Shown here in pieces: positions 25,247-36,559 of a stretch of 64,000 nucleotides of DNA (position 1 is the stretch's first letter; every line of letters begins with the position of its first letter). The stretch covers positions 22,446,001 to 22,510,000 of the forward strand of contig CM052818.1 of NCBI GenBank assembly GCA_028534125.1. Direction: 5' to 3'. Source of the DNA: Lama glama (taxonomy: Eukaryota). Both the position numbers and the translations under genes were made by a program. The notes under the pieces are model-generated. The model was not told the DNA's origin and ran no database searches. It worked only from the letters and a program-made list of their open reading frames with translations.

Positions 25247-25607
25247 CATTATGGACTGAATGTTTGTGTGCCCCCAAAGTTCATAGTTGAAATCCGAAGC
25301 CTGATGTGATAGTATTAGGAGGCGGGGACTTTAGAGGTGACTAGGTCATTAGGGAGGAACCCTCAAGAATGAGATTAATGCCCTTATAATAAGACCCCAG
25401 AGAGCTCCCTCATGCCTTCCACCACGTGAGGACACAGCAGGAAGATGGCCATTTATGAACCAGGAAGAAGGCTCTCACCAGACACTGACACTGCTGGCAC
25501 TTTGACCTTGGACTTGCATCCCCAGAACCATGAGAAATAAATTCCTGTTGTCTACAAGCCACCCAGCCTGTGGTCTTCTGTTACAGCAGCCTAAGCGGAC
25601 AAAGACA
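25247..25607 (+). mobile_element. MaLR LTR, MLT1A-like, solo
   Basis: TTATGGACTGAATGTTTGTG...GAGAAATAAATTCCTGTTG...CAGCAGCCTAAGCGGACAAAGACA; exact 5-bp TSD AGACT at 25242-25246 and 25608-25612. Confidence 0.92.
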
Positions 25608-25848
25608 AGACTTGATTCAAGTACCCCTCCTCCCAGAAACCTTCTCTGCCCTCCCAAGGCCAGGGTGGGTTTCTCTTCCCCAGGCACAAATGGTACCCTG
25701 AAATGCCCCTATAAGAGCCCCACCCTTCCTTGGGGTAGGGCTGTGTTCACTTGTCAGTCTCCCCCATATACTGGCAGCCCCCTGCGGGCAGACACTGAGT
25801 CTGTCATCACTGTATCTCCCGAGCATCGCTCACAGTAGGTGCTCAGCT

Positions 25849-25990
25849 AGGTCCCCAAATTTGGCAAATAAAAATTCGGAATACCTCATTAGATTTGGAT
25901 TTCAGATAAATAATGAATACTAATAATAATGAATAAAAATATCACATTATTGTGTCTGGTAACCTTATGCTCGTAAGTATTTATTGTATT
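25849..25990. mobile_element. MER53-like hAT DNA transposon fragment
   Basis: AAATTTGGCAAATAAAAATTCGGAATACCTCATTAGATTTGGATTTCAGATAAATAATGAATA. Confidence 0.6.
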
Positions 25991-28440
25991 CCTTACTACC
26001 TGAAGGAGCAAAAAGCACCGAAAGCGGAAAAGGCATTGTATTTGGAAGAAAGCAAGAGAAATCATTTTGCCTGGAGCACAAGACTGGTGCAAATCTGCCC
26101 CAGAGTAAAGAGAGGAGCCTGGCATGAGTGGGCTCAGAGCAGCACCTGGTACCTAGTAAGCCTTCCACCGCCAGTGACAGAGAGACAGACCGAACAAGCA
26201 CGTGTTGGAGGGGGTGGCGGTAAACGCCAGAAACAGTAGTGAAGATGTCAAAACAGAAATGGAGGACATGATGATGACAGTGGCTGTAGTCCTGGAGCCA
26301 TCTGAGGGGTCAAGTGACCAGCAGGCTGTGGACTCTCAAAATCAGACTCACAGAGTGGTCACATCCGGATTTGTTGAGGAACCGAAATGCTCCTCCCAGA
26401 CATCGTGGGGACCTGTGCCCATCCTGAGCAGGACAAGTGCAAACCCTGATTCTCCCCTCCCCAGCCAAAGAGTGGATGGGACCCCCCCCAGTGTCCTTGG
26501 AATCCCTGAGGCAGGAGTTACATCTCCCTGCCTTGGGCTGGGGTTCCCCCTGAGCTCCTCATGCAGAATTTGGCCTCTTGGGGAGTTTCCCACCCTCTGA
26601 AGCAGGCAGCTGAGCTCCCAGGCCCCAGGCTGCCAGGCAGCGTTGTGGGGAGAGGGAGGAAATAGGACCGCTTTGTCCCCCGGACCTGTAGCACAATGGG
26701 AGCCTGTGTCACGCCAGCTGCTCTGTGTGGCTCTGACTTGGGTGGACACCAGCCTTGGAGAAGCACACAGCCTGGGGCACCCCGTCTGTTTCATGTCCCT
26801 CCAAGTGGGACCTGTGGGCTGGCTCTCTGAGGGATGACCTGTGTCTGGGGGTGCTCTGGCTGTCTCTAGGGGTGCATGCACGTGTGTTCACGCCAGGTCT
26901 GACCAGGGGCAGGGGAGTGTATGTGCTTGTGTGTTTGCATGTGGTGTCCCTGGGGCTGGGTGGGCAAGTCTGCAAGTACAGACACTTGCGGGTCTGTGCA
27001 TACACTGAGAACAAAAAATGCTTTCGATCACGTGGGGGCACACGTGCCTAGGTCTTTGTTGAGAGCTTTTCCCAAGTGCCAAGCTAAGGAGGGCGGAATT
27101 GGCTGTGAAGCTTCCTTGGGAGAGAAGTACTGGAAGATCGGGACCAAGACTCTGTCCAATTGAAACTCCTGTTCTGCACACACATTCCCTGGGGCTCTGG
27201 GCTTGGCTGCCTCCTTCACTTGGCCCCTCCCTGCCCTCCCAGCCTCTCCCTCCTGAGGCTTCCCTGCATCCTGGACGATCAGGGACCCTCATCTGGGATG
27301 GGGACCGTCAGACAAGTAGCAGGTAGGAGGACTATGATGGCTGAAGCTCTTCCGGGTTCAGGACATTCCCACAAGGGCTGAGCTGCTGGATTTGGCCTCG
27401 CCTCCCTCCTGTCCCCACTGCTCAGCCCACCCAGCCTGCACTTCCAACCTTGCTGGAATCAGGAAATGAGATTTCAGCTTCGTTCAACTAAATCCAACAA
27501 ATATTTACAGAGAATCTTCCAAGCACAAGGCTCTGTAAGGCTGGGAGCCGTGGGGAGAGGCCCTTTGCAGCTCCCACCTCCCAGTCAGGTTCAGGGTGAT
27601 AAGATCCCACATTTGGGCTTTGCTCCCTACCGGCAGCCAGGTCCTGTCCCCTCAGCTGGCCACAGTGGAGGCCCTGCCTGGTGAGGGTTGCATCCGGGAG
27701 CCCCCCAGAGAAAATGCCTAAGGCACTGACGGCCCCTTCTCACCTCCAGGGCCCTCTCCCCACCCTCCAGGATCAAAGGACCCATCGGAGGGTCGGCCAG
27801 AGCGGAAGGTGGCAGAAGAGAGGTGGTCCCTTGCCCCCTTTAGGAGATGATACCAGGAGCTTCAGAGCTGAGGAGCCTGGGCTTTCCTTCTGATTAGAAG
27901 GAAAAGCTATTACCCCCCAAAGGGGACCCCAACTCCCAAACCCTGCCTTCATAGTCCAACCTGCAGGCAGCCTCTCTCTGCTTATCCCCAGAAGTCCCTC
28001 CCTATATCTGGGTCTCCAGAATGAAATGTGCTATATGATCCTTTGGGTGAGGCAGAAAAACAGAGTCGGTTTCTTTTTAATCTAGAAATTTAACACTTAT
28101 CAAATATTTAATAAATGGGTTGACACTGTGCCCTCCTTCAGTCGCTGCTGCAGATTTCCTGAGTCCCAGAAGGTTCTCCGGGACTCCTAGGGGTGAGGGC
28201 CAGCTCCTCTGTGCGGGGTGCTTAGGGGGTGCCTCCCACTGTGGCTCACTTCCAGCAAATGGCTTCATTTGTTTCCAGGTGCTCCAGTGTGTCCCTGGCA
28301 TTGTTGGTTTTATAAAAACGGTGCCTTGAACAGAAGAATAAACCAGACTTTATAAATGAGAGGGTATAACAGGAAACTCTTCCTGAGCCCACAGGTCTTC
28401 TCTGAATCAAATTTAAAGACAATTTGTGCATTTTTCTTTT

Positions 28441-28511
28441 CTTTTTTTTTTTTTTACATTTTTTATTGATTCATAATCATTTTACAGTGTTGTGTCAAAT
28501 TCCAGTGTTCA
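28441..28511 (-). mobile_element. young, extremely 5'-truncated L1 3' end
   Basis: Poly(T) plus TTTTTATTGATTCATAATCATTTTACAGTGTTGTGTCAAATTCCAGTG, flanked by an exact 16-bp TSD TGTGCATTTTTCTTTT (28425-28440, 28512-28527). Confidence 0.85.
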
Positions 28512-28599
28512 TGTGCATTTTTCTTTTATAGAAAGACAAGTATGTCCTAGAGTCTCTGACCTTTTCTATGACAGGTGCCTATCGGTAGGGTGTGACCCC

Positions 28600-29695
28600 A
28601 GTCAACATTTCAGACAAAACCAGTCCTTCCTATCAACATATAAGAAACATTTTAACAATCACTGAGAGAGGAGTATCTTTTCAAATAAAATGTATGCTAA
28701 GAAGAGAGCATTTTGAAAATGGTTATTTGGAAATGTTTCTATCATAAGGTGATATTATTACAGGAAATTATGTAAAAGCTATTAAAAATTCTATCTACAC
28801 AGTTAAAGAAATAAGTTTGGATAATTTTCCAAACAAAGAGTTTAAGACACAGACATAGAAAACAAACTTATGGTTATCAGGGGAGGAAGGGAGTGGGAAG
28901 GCATAAATTGGGAGTTAGAGATTTGCAGATATTAACTATTATATATAAAATAGATAAACAGTGATAAACAAGGTCATACTGCATAGCACAGGGAACTATA
29001 TTCAATATCTTGTAGTAACTTATGGTAATAAAGAATATAAAAATGAATATATGTATGTTTATGTATGACTGAAGCATTATACTGTACACCAGAAATTGAC
29101 ACAGTATTGTAAATTGACTATACTTCAATAAAAATACATGTATACAAAAAAAAGTTAAACATCCACCAGAAACTAACACAACATTGTAAATCAACTATAC
29201 TTCAATTAAATAAATAAATAAAAATTAAAAATATACCCCAAAAGTAAATAAAATAGATAAACAATAAGTTTATACTGTATAATACAGGGAACTACATTCA
29301 ATATCTTGTAGTAACCCATAATGAAAAAGAATATGAAAACAAATATATGTATGTATGTATATGTATCACTGAACAATTATGCTGTGCACCGGAAATTGAC
29401 ACAACATTGTAAACTGATTATACTTCAATTAAAGAAAAGGAGTTTAAGAGAACTTTGAATCAGTTTGTTAAAAAAATAAAAACAAATGTTCCAATTATTT
29501 CACAAGAATAACTATTTGAAACCAGGAAAGGTGGACATTTACTAGATAAGGGTCAAAATAAATTGCATAATGGATATATGGGAGTGAAATACAAATGTCA
29601 TGATTTAATGGGAATAGCAAATGATGCATGCTTATTATTTAATGAAGTGTCTCTTAACAGCTACAGCCATCATGAATACCAAGACTCAAAATGCA
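28600..29695 (+). mobile_element. hAT-Charlie transposase remnant (C-terminal region) interrupted by L1
   Basis: HFENGYLEMF at 28709-28738 and QE*LFETRKGGHLL...KYKCHDLMGIANDA..EVS...NTK from 29503 resemble Charlie/Buster transposase motifs. Confidence 0.6.
28848..29437 (+). mobile_element. cluster of three camelid/artiodactyl L1 3'-end fragments
   Basis: Three copies of the ...CATTGTAAA...TATACTTCAA + A-rich terminus end at ~29130, ~29205 and ~29430; outer direct repeat GAGTTTAAGA at 28838-28847 and 29440-29449. Confidence 0.9.
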
Positions 29696-30270
29696 TAAAG
29701 GTAAACATTCACTTAGCAAATGATTCAGCAATCCTACTTCTAGGTATTTATCCAAGAGAAATGAAAACACATGTGCACACAAATACCTGTATGCAAATTC
29801 AAAAGCAATATGCTAAGTGAAAGAAGCCAGACACATATTGCTTTTGAATTTCATCCAAGTTGTGTATATGAGTCATTTGTTCCTTTTATTGCTAAGCAGT
29901 AATCCATTGTATGGACGTACCACAGTTTGTTTATCCAATCACCAGTTGAAGGACATTTGAGTTGTTTCCAGTTTGGGGCAATGGTGAATAAAGCTGCTAT
30001 AAACATTTGTATACAGTGATTCCTGTGGGCTGGAAGAGGGGAGTGACTGCAGAAGGGCATTAAGGAACTTTTTAGAGTGATGAAAATATTCTACATCTTG
30101 ACTATGATGGTGGTTATTTTTATATATTTGTCAAAACTCTATATATTTGTCAAAACTCTATATATTTGTCAAAATTCTATATATTTGTCAAAACTCATTA
30201 AACCATACCCTTGAAGAGTGAATTTTACTGTATATCAATTATATTTCAATCAGCCTAATTTTAAAAAAAG
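29695..30270 (+). mobile_element. old L1M 3' region with internal inversion (29834-30016 on the minus strand)
   Basis: CTTCTAGGTATTTATCCAAGAGAAATGAAAACA...; minus-strand ORF MFIAALFTIAPNWKQLKCPSTGDWINKLWY is L1 ORF2-like. Confidence 0.85.
30121..30196. repeat. 19-bp tandem repeat x4 (TATATATTTGTCAAAACTC)
   Basis: Four adjacent copies, with one substitution in copy 3. Confidence 0.95.
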
Positions 30271-30439
30271 TGCTTAGCATATAATCCTACATAAACATTT
30301 AATAAAGCAAATATTTTAAAGCATAGAAAGAGTCCAGAAGTATACAACCAAAATATTACCAGGGATAATCTCTAAAAGGTAAGATTATCGTGATTTTTAC
30401 TTTCTTCTTCATCTATTCTATATACAAAAGTAAGCAGAG

Positions 30440-31975
30440 GTTTGAAAAACTGATTCTAACATTCCTATGGAAGTGCCAAGGACCTAGAAATGTCAAACAG
30501 ACTTCTGAAGAATAAAGTTAGAAAACACTACCTGATTTCAAAATTTATTAAAAGGCTAAAGTAAATCAAGACAGTGTGATATTGACATAAAGACAGACAT
30601 CAATGGAACAGAATAAAGAAACCAGAAATAGACCCTGTAATTTTTTAATAGCTTTATTGAGGTGGAATTGACCTATAAGTATCATCCTATACTTACACGG
30701 ACAAGTGAGTTTCAACAAGGCACCAAGGCAATGCAGTGCAAGAAAGACGGCGTTTTCAACAAAAGCTGTTGGAACTATTGCATACCCATAAGTAAAAAAA
30801 TGACTCTCTCTCTATACTTTGTGCTGTATACAAAATATAAAAAATGGACTTAGACTTAAATGTAAAACCTAAAATGGTAAAAACATCTAGAAGAAAACCT
30901 TTGTGACCATAGGGTAGGCAAAATTTTCTTAGATATAGCACTAAAAGCATGATCCATAAAAGAGTAAATTGATTAATTGGACTTTATCCAGATTAAAAAT
31001 GTCTGCTCTTAACAATCACTATTAAGAGAATGAAAAGAAGAGTCATGGACTTAGAGAAAGTATTTGCAAATCATATATCTGATACAGGACTTGTATCCAA
31101 AATATACACGGAATTTGCAAAACACAATTATAAGGAAACAATCTAATAAATAATGGATGAAAGATTAGAGATACCACCTAAAACCTACTAGGATGGCTAA
31201 AATAAAAAAGACTGACCCTACCAAGTTTTGGCAAGGATGTGGAGGAACTGGAACTTGCATACATAATTGTGAGAATATAAAATGGTACAGCCACCAACCA
31301 CTTTGGAACAGTTTTTGGCAGTTTTTTTTTTTTTAAGTTAAACATACACCTATCACGTGATCCAGCCATTCCACCCCTAGGTATTTACCCAGAGAAATGA
31401 AAGCACATGTTTCTACAAAGACTTATTCATGAAAGCACATAGCAGCTTTATTTGTACTAACTGAATACTGGAAACAACCCAAAGGTCCATCAACAGGAGA
31501 ATGGATATGCAAACTGTTGTATACCTGTACAATGGAATATTACTCAACATTAAAAAGGAATCACCTATTCATACGTGCTGCAACATGGAAGTGTCACAAA
31601 AATAATTATGCTGAGGGAAATAAGTCAGACAAAAAAGAGAACATATTGTATGATTCCATTTATATAAAACTCTAGAACATTCAAAAAAAAAAATAAAAAG
31701 CACATTGGTGATTGCCTGGGGATGAGTAGACGGGGAAGGAGTGGGAGAAAGGAATTACACAGGAGGAAACTTAGGGTGACAGAAATGTTCATTTTCTTGA
31801 TTGTGGTGATGGTTTCAGGGTTGTATAAACACATCAAAGCATATCACATTGTATACTTTAAATATGTACTGTTCACTCTAGGTCAATTATACTTCAATAA
31901 AGCTATTAAAAATAAACATTACTTTAAAAAAAACAATTTAACAATGGAACAAACAAACAAACAAAATAAATAAAC
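30440..31975 (+). mobile_element. old L1 (L1MC/MD-like) ORF2 3' part plus 3' UTR
   Basis: CAATGGAACAGAATAAAGAAACCAGAAATAGACCC, GTATTTGCAAATCATATATCTGATA, GGCAAGGATGTGGAGGAACTGGAAC, with an A-rich end. Confidence 0.9.
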
Positions 31976-31999
31976 ATTACTTTTATAATGGAATGAATT

Positions 32000-32280
32000 T
32001 CTTAAAGGGGAGAAATAGGAGACTAAAGTCATCATATTATATTATACACATATCTTTTTGTGGTTCGTTACTGTGTGGCCCTATTTAATTATTCATATAC
32101 TATTTAGAAACTTTGTAATGTACAGATTATGTGTATACCATTACGGCTACTTGAGTTTGGTTTTATGGTCAGGTCTATAAAAATGTGTATGTCACACCCA
32201 CTGCCAGGAACATAAACCTCTGTTATAATATTGTTTCTGTGGGAAAATCAGAATTGGGTTCCATTACATTTACACAGTTC
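32000..32280. mobile_element. possible Tigger (TcMar) DNA transposon fragment
   Basis: AT-rich; ATAATATTGTTTCTGTGGGAAAAT resembles Tigger subterminal sequence. Confidence 0.3.
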
Positions 32281-32770
32281 CTTCCCCCTGCCCCCAGGAT
32301 CTCTCTTCTCAAATCCTTCTTACACACTGGTGCCAGACTTACTTTTAAAAAAAAAATTAGATCATGTTATTTCCCTCTCAAACCCTTCAGTGGTTCCAAA
32401 TGATGAAGTCTAAATTTCACAGCATGATGTTCAAGGTCCTTACCAACTGGCCCCATCTATGTCACCAGTCCCATCTCCCAGAACTACCTCTCTCTTTATA
32501 CATCTGAGCTGTTTGTCAGGTGCTTTCACCACTTTGAGCTTTTGCTCATGTTGTCCAACTATCAAGTATGTCCTTCCCTTTCGCCTCATTTTTGCATCTG
32601 GAAAAATCTCTCATCTTCCAAGATGCTTTTCAAATATCACCCCCTCCTGGGAGTCTTCCCAGATTTCTCTCAAACAGAATCAATCACTCTTTTCACTTTA
32701 TTGCCGTAGCGCCTTACCCATGGGTCTACTAGAGCACTTATTCCATTATATTGCAGTAATTGAGGTGCGT
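32280..32770 (+). mobile_element. L2 LINE fragment
   Basis: AAATTAGATCATGTTATTTCCCTCTCAAACCCTTCAGTGGTTCC...CAAATATCACCCCCTCCTGGGAGTCTTCCC. Confidence 0.7.
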
Positions 32771-32771
32771 C

Positions 32772-34450
32772 TGTATTACTTAGATTAGGGGCTCAACTGC
32801 TAATCCAAAAACAAACAAAACCCCCAAATACCAGTGGTTTGAGCAAGTTTATTTCTGTCTCACTTTAAAGTCCCAACTGGCACACTGGCTCAGCCCTGCA
32901 ATATTGGAATCCAAGCTCCTATCTGGTTGCTCCACCAGCCTTAAGAGTTTTACACTCATATGCGTGGACCAACATGACCCTCCAATATCTCTTCCTTCCA
33001 GCCATCGGGACAGGGAAAGGGACAGAGAGAGTCTCCTGCCTTTTTTTGATATGATGCAGAACTTGTACCATCAATTTATTCACATCTCACTGGCCAGAAA
33101 TTAGTTATAGCCTCATATAACTTCAAAGGAGTCAGAGAAATGCAGTGCTATCCTGGGTGGCCACTAGAAGTCAGGTGTTATATTATTAAAGAGGCAAGGG
33201 GAAAATGGATGTTGGGGCAAATTAGCAGTCTCTGCCACAGTCCACCCCTTTCGCCACCTTACTATCTGGGATCACCCTTCTTTTCACACATAAAACACTA
33301 ACATTGCCTCCCAAGACAAGCAACCGCAAACACCAGGGCATCCTGCCCCCAACACCTCAGTCAGGTCCAGATTCGGTTACCTGTCGCCTGGAGGCCAACA
33401 CACCTAAAAGATATTATCTGCCCCCCACCCTCCTCCAACACACAATGATGGAACAAGAACCACATACCACACTTTAAAAACAATTCCTATTCGGAAAATA
33501 AAACAACGGGAACTACACTGATGGCCCCAGGCCATAGCAATTGCCAAATCATGTTAGTTAGAAGTTACAGACTCCTCCTTCTGTGAAGTGACTTGCTTGT
33601 CCACTGTCCTCCTTGGTTCCTGGCTTTGCCCTCTGGGAGACTCTTTCTGGCCTCTGTCCTCCAGAACCACATTGAAGAATACGCCCCCCTAAGGCTTCTG
33701 AACTATTTGCTTCAACTCAGTTCCCTGTGCAGGTAGCTCAGCCAAAGGTTGTGTTCTGACAGAGCTTGTCAGGCTGAAAACTGGCTGTAGTTTTACCGGC
33801 TTCCGTGCTCTGCCCAGACCCCTGTCTCAGCTTAACGGCTGTTATCTTCAGGCCATCTGAGACAACAGGCCAGGGTGGAAAGGGAACACCCTTAATCTGA
33901 TCTTGGCTGCTGGGCTGACTCCCATGGTCTGGCAGAGAATTCTCAACTGGGAGAGCTTGAGAAAGGCTCAGGGCCATTGTCTCAACTCCTACTAAGGCTG
34001 TCTGTTCAGAGCCAACTTAGGTCACTCCTTCCATCTGGGGTACAGAAGCAACTGGCATTTACAACTCTTCAAGGCTCCAAGTTTCCAGACTCTCAGTCAA
34101 CTTAGATTGCAGGCGGCAGGCATCGGTGTCCCCTTAGTAGAACCATATTCCCTTTCATCTCTGCTTGCAAACTGGCTAGGTCTAACCTAAGTTTATTTCT
34201 CTTACCTAGGGATCTGTTGAATGCAGCAAGAAGAAGTCAGGACCCTCCAGTTTTCAAGTCCTCCTAAAGTTACAGGCTCCTATCAAGGTACTGATCACAG
34301 ATGACAGTTCTGCTAGATCTTCTACCTGAGCATAGCAAGGGTCACCAACTTGCCAGTCTGCATATCTGTGTCTGCCCCACCCGACTGCAAAAGCCAATGC
34401 CACATATGGATTTTTGATGGCAGAACTCTACTTCCAGGTGGTCTAAATCA
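32772..34450 (-). mobile_element. MLT1 LTR (~32772-33239) plus MLT1 internal region
   Basis: The LTR ends TTAGCAGTCTCTGCCACA and is followed by GTCCACCCCTTT (PPT in reverse); internal CTTAATCTGATCTTGGCTGCTG matches CTTAATCTGATCTGGGCTGCTG at ~18820. Confidence 0.7.
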
Positions 34451-34643
34451 AATATGGAGATTTTGGCAGCTCGAACTGGGAGGCCAAACATAACAGCAGC
34501 TGATGCCAGTCTCCTCCTCATCCCTCCTGACGGACCAAGAACCCAGGCCTCATATGTGTGGCAGATGTTTAATCAAGTTCAGGAATAAGGGAGAGTGATT
34601 TTAGCATAGGAGAGAAAATGACTTCAAATTCAAGGTCATATAC

Positions 34644-35193
34644 TGATACAGGAAAATGTGAGATGAGAGGATGGCCAAGTCCCAAGTCTCAGCTGAGTCC
34701 CTGGGATGCAACCCACCAAGTGTGGGTCCTTGGAAAGAATTCAAGAGCAAGCCACCACTGAGTAAAAGTAGATTTACTCAGAGAGATACATACTCCATAG
34801 ACAAGGGTGCAGTCTGTCTCACTCAGAAGGGAGAGCGGCCACAAGCTGTGGGGGTCGTTAGTTTTTATGGGCTCAGTAACTTCATATGCTAACAAGTGGG
34901 AGGGCTATTCCAACCTGGGGAGGAGGCAGAGATTCCCAGGAACTGGGCCACTGCCCACTTTTTGACCTTTTATGGTCAGCTTTGGAACTGTCATGGCGCC
35001 TGTGGGAAGCGCCATTCACAATACTCATATATTACAAATAAGTGCATAACGAAGTTCAAGGTCTACTGGAAGTCAAGTCTCCCGCCATCTTGGGCCTCAA
35101 GGTCTGTTGGGAGTTGAACCTTCCGCCACCTTGATGTTGAATGCTGTGTCATTCTTTGAGTGGCTGTGCCCTGCCCCCTTCCTTCCTGTCTCA
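34644..35193 (-). mobile_element. solo ERV1-class LTR
   Basis: TG...CA ends with an 11-bp imperfect terminal inverted repeat (TGATACAGGAA / TTCCTGTCTCA) and an exact 4-bp TSD ATAC at 34640-34643 and 35194-35197; 550 bp. Confidence 0.88.
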
Positions 35194-35879
35194 ATACTAC
35201 TTCCTCAAAATGTGTTAGTGGTTCCCCACCCCAGGGAATTTCTCTTTAGCAGTATTCCTCTATTGGTCCCTCCTCTGCCCGACACAGTATTTATTTTCAA
35301 GCCTTCTCTCCTGACATCTCTCTATTCTCACCTATTCTTGGGTCCCTTAAGCACTCTGGGAAAGGCCCTCACAGCATCACAGTTCCCTGCACTTCATCCT
35401 GCAGCACCCTTCAGCTCCTGCTTGGGCTCAGCCTCACCCCACAGGCTATGCTCAGGGGCACTCCATTCTCTAAACCCTAAAGACACATCACTGCCATCAA
35501 CCCAGAGATGAACTGTGGCCTTCCCATAGAAGGCAGAGGAGGCTACAATCTTGTTGAACTTTAAATAGTCACTTTATCTTCTCCCTAGTCTAAGTTCAAG
35601 ATCTCATTCGATCCTCGAAACCCCCTGTGAGGAGAGGGGAGGGTGGCACCTGAGGCCCAGAGGTTTTACACCACCATCCAAGGCCACACAGCGGGTGAGA
35701 GGCAGGGCTGGCCCATGTGTTGGGCTCCAACACTCCGGCCTGGGGAATGGCCGGCTTCATCTTGGGTCATCTCATGTGCCCTGTGACACAAGTCTTACCT
35801 CTGCGTATGGTGCCCAGAGGACAGGGCTCACTCTTTCTCCCTGATGCCTAGCCAGGCTGGGCCCACGGCAGCCACGTGT

Positions 35880-36260
35880 GGGGGAACCACCTCCCCCACC
35901 CCACGCTGCCAACCAATTAAAACAGTTGTTGCGGTGAAAACCACCGTATATTGAGCAAACTGCTTCACGGATGCTCTCTTTGGACACATTCCCCAAACAC
36001 ACCCATTCAGACTCCAGCTCAGATTCCCAAATGCCTTGTCCCCACCCACTGGCAGGGCCAGGTCAGAAGGTGGGGGAGGAGGGAAGGGGAGAGGCCTGGC
36101 TGAGGGGGTTGAATTGAATAGCTGCTTTCTTCTGGGAGGCTTCCCCCACCTCCAGTGGTCATTGATTAACCCTCCATACCAGATAACCCTTCTATGGGAG
36201 GAAAAGAACGTGTGTTTATCTTGGGTCATAAAACATCAATATTGACTTCTCACAGGTGAA
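35880..36260. promoter_or_regulatory. candidate endoderm-type enhancer
   Basis: Non-repeat sequence with HNF1-like GTCATTGATTAAC (36158-36170), GATA AGATAA (36181) and TTATCT (36216), FOX TGTTTAT (36213), CDX/HOX GTCATAAAA (36225), and ONECUT/FOXA ATCAATATTGAC (36235-36246). Confidence 0.5.
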
Positions 36261-36559
36261 GCCAAAGGGGAAGGGGAGGCGGGGTTGAAAAGCGGGGTGA
36301 GGCTTGCTGCCCCTCCCTCTCAAGGCCTGAGACACACCTGCCTGAAACCCAGGGGCCAGCCCACCTGGTCTCCTTCCCTAAGGAGGGTACTGGGTGGTCA
36401 GGCTTCAGTATCGGAAGCAGCAGGATTCCCACCCTCTTCCACCTCAAAGGCATCCGCAAGCAGCACCCCTACCCAACTCTCCTCCGCTCTACACTGCTGC
36501 AGGCCCCTGATCCCCCTCCTGCACCCCCTACCCCGGCCCTGACCCCGGCAGATAAGAGA

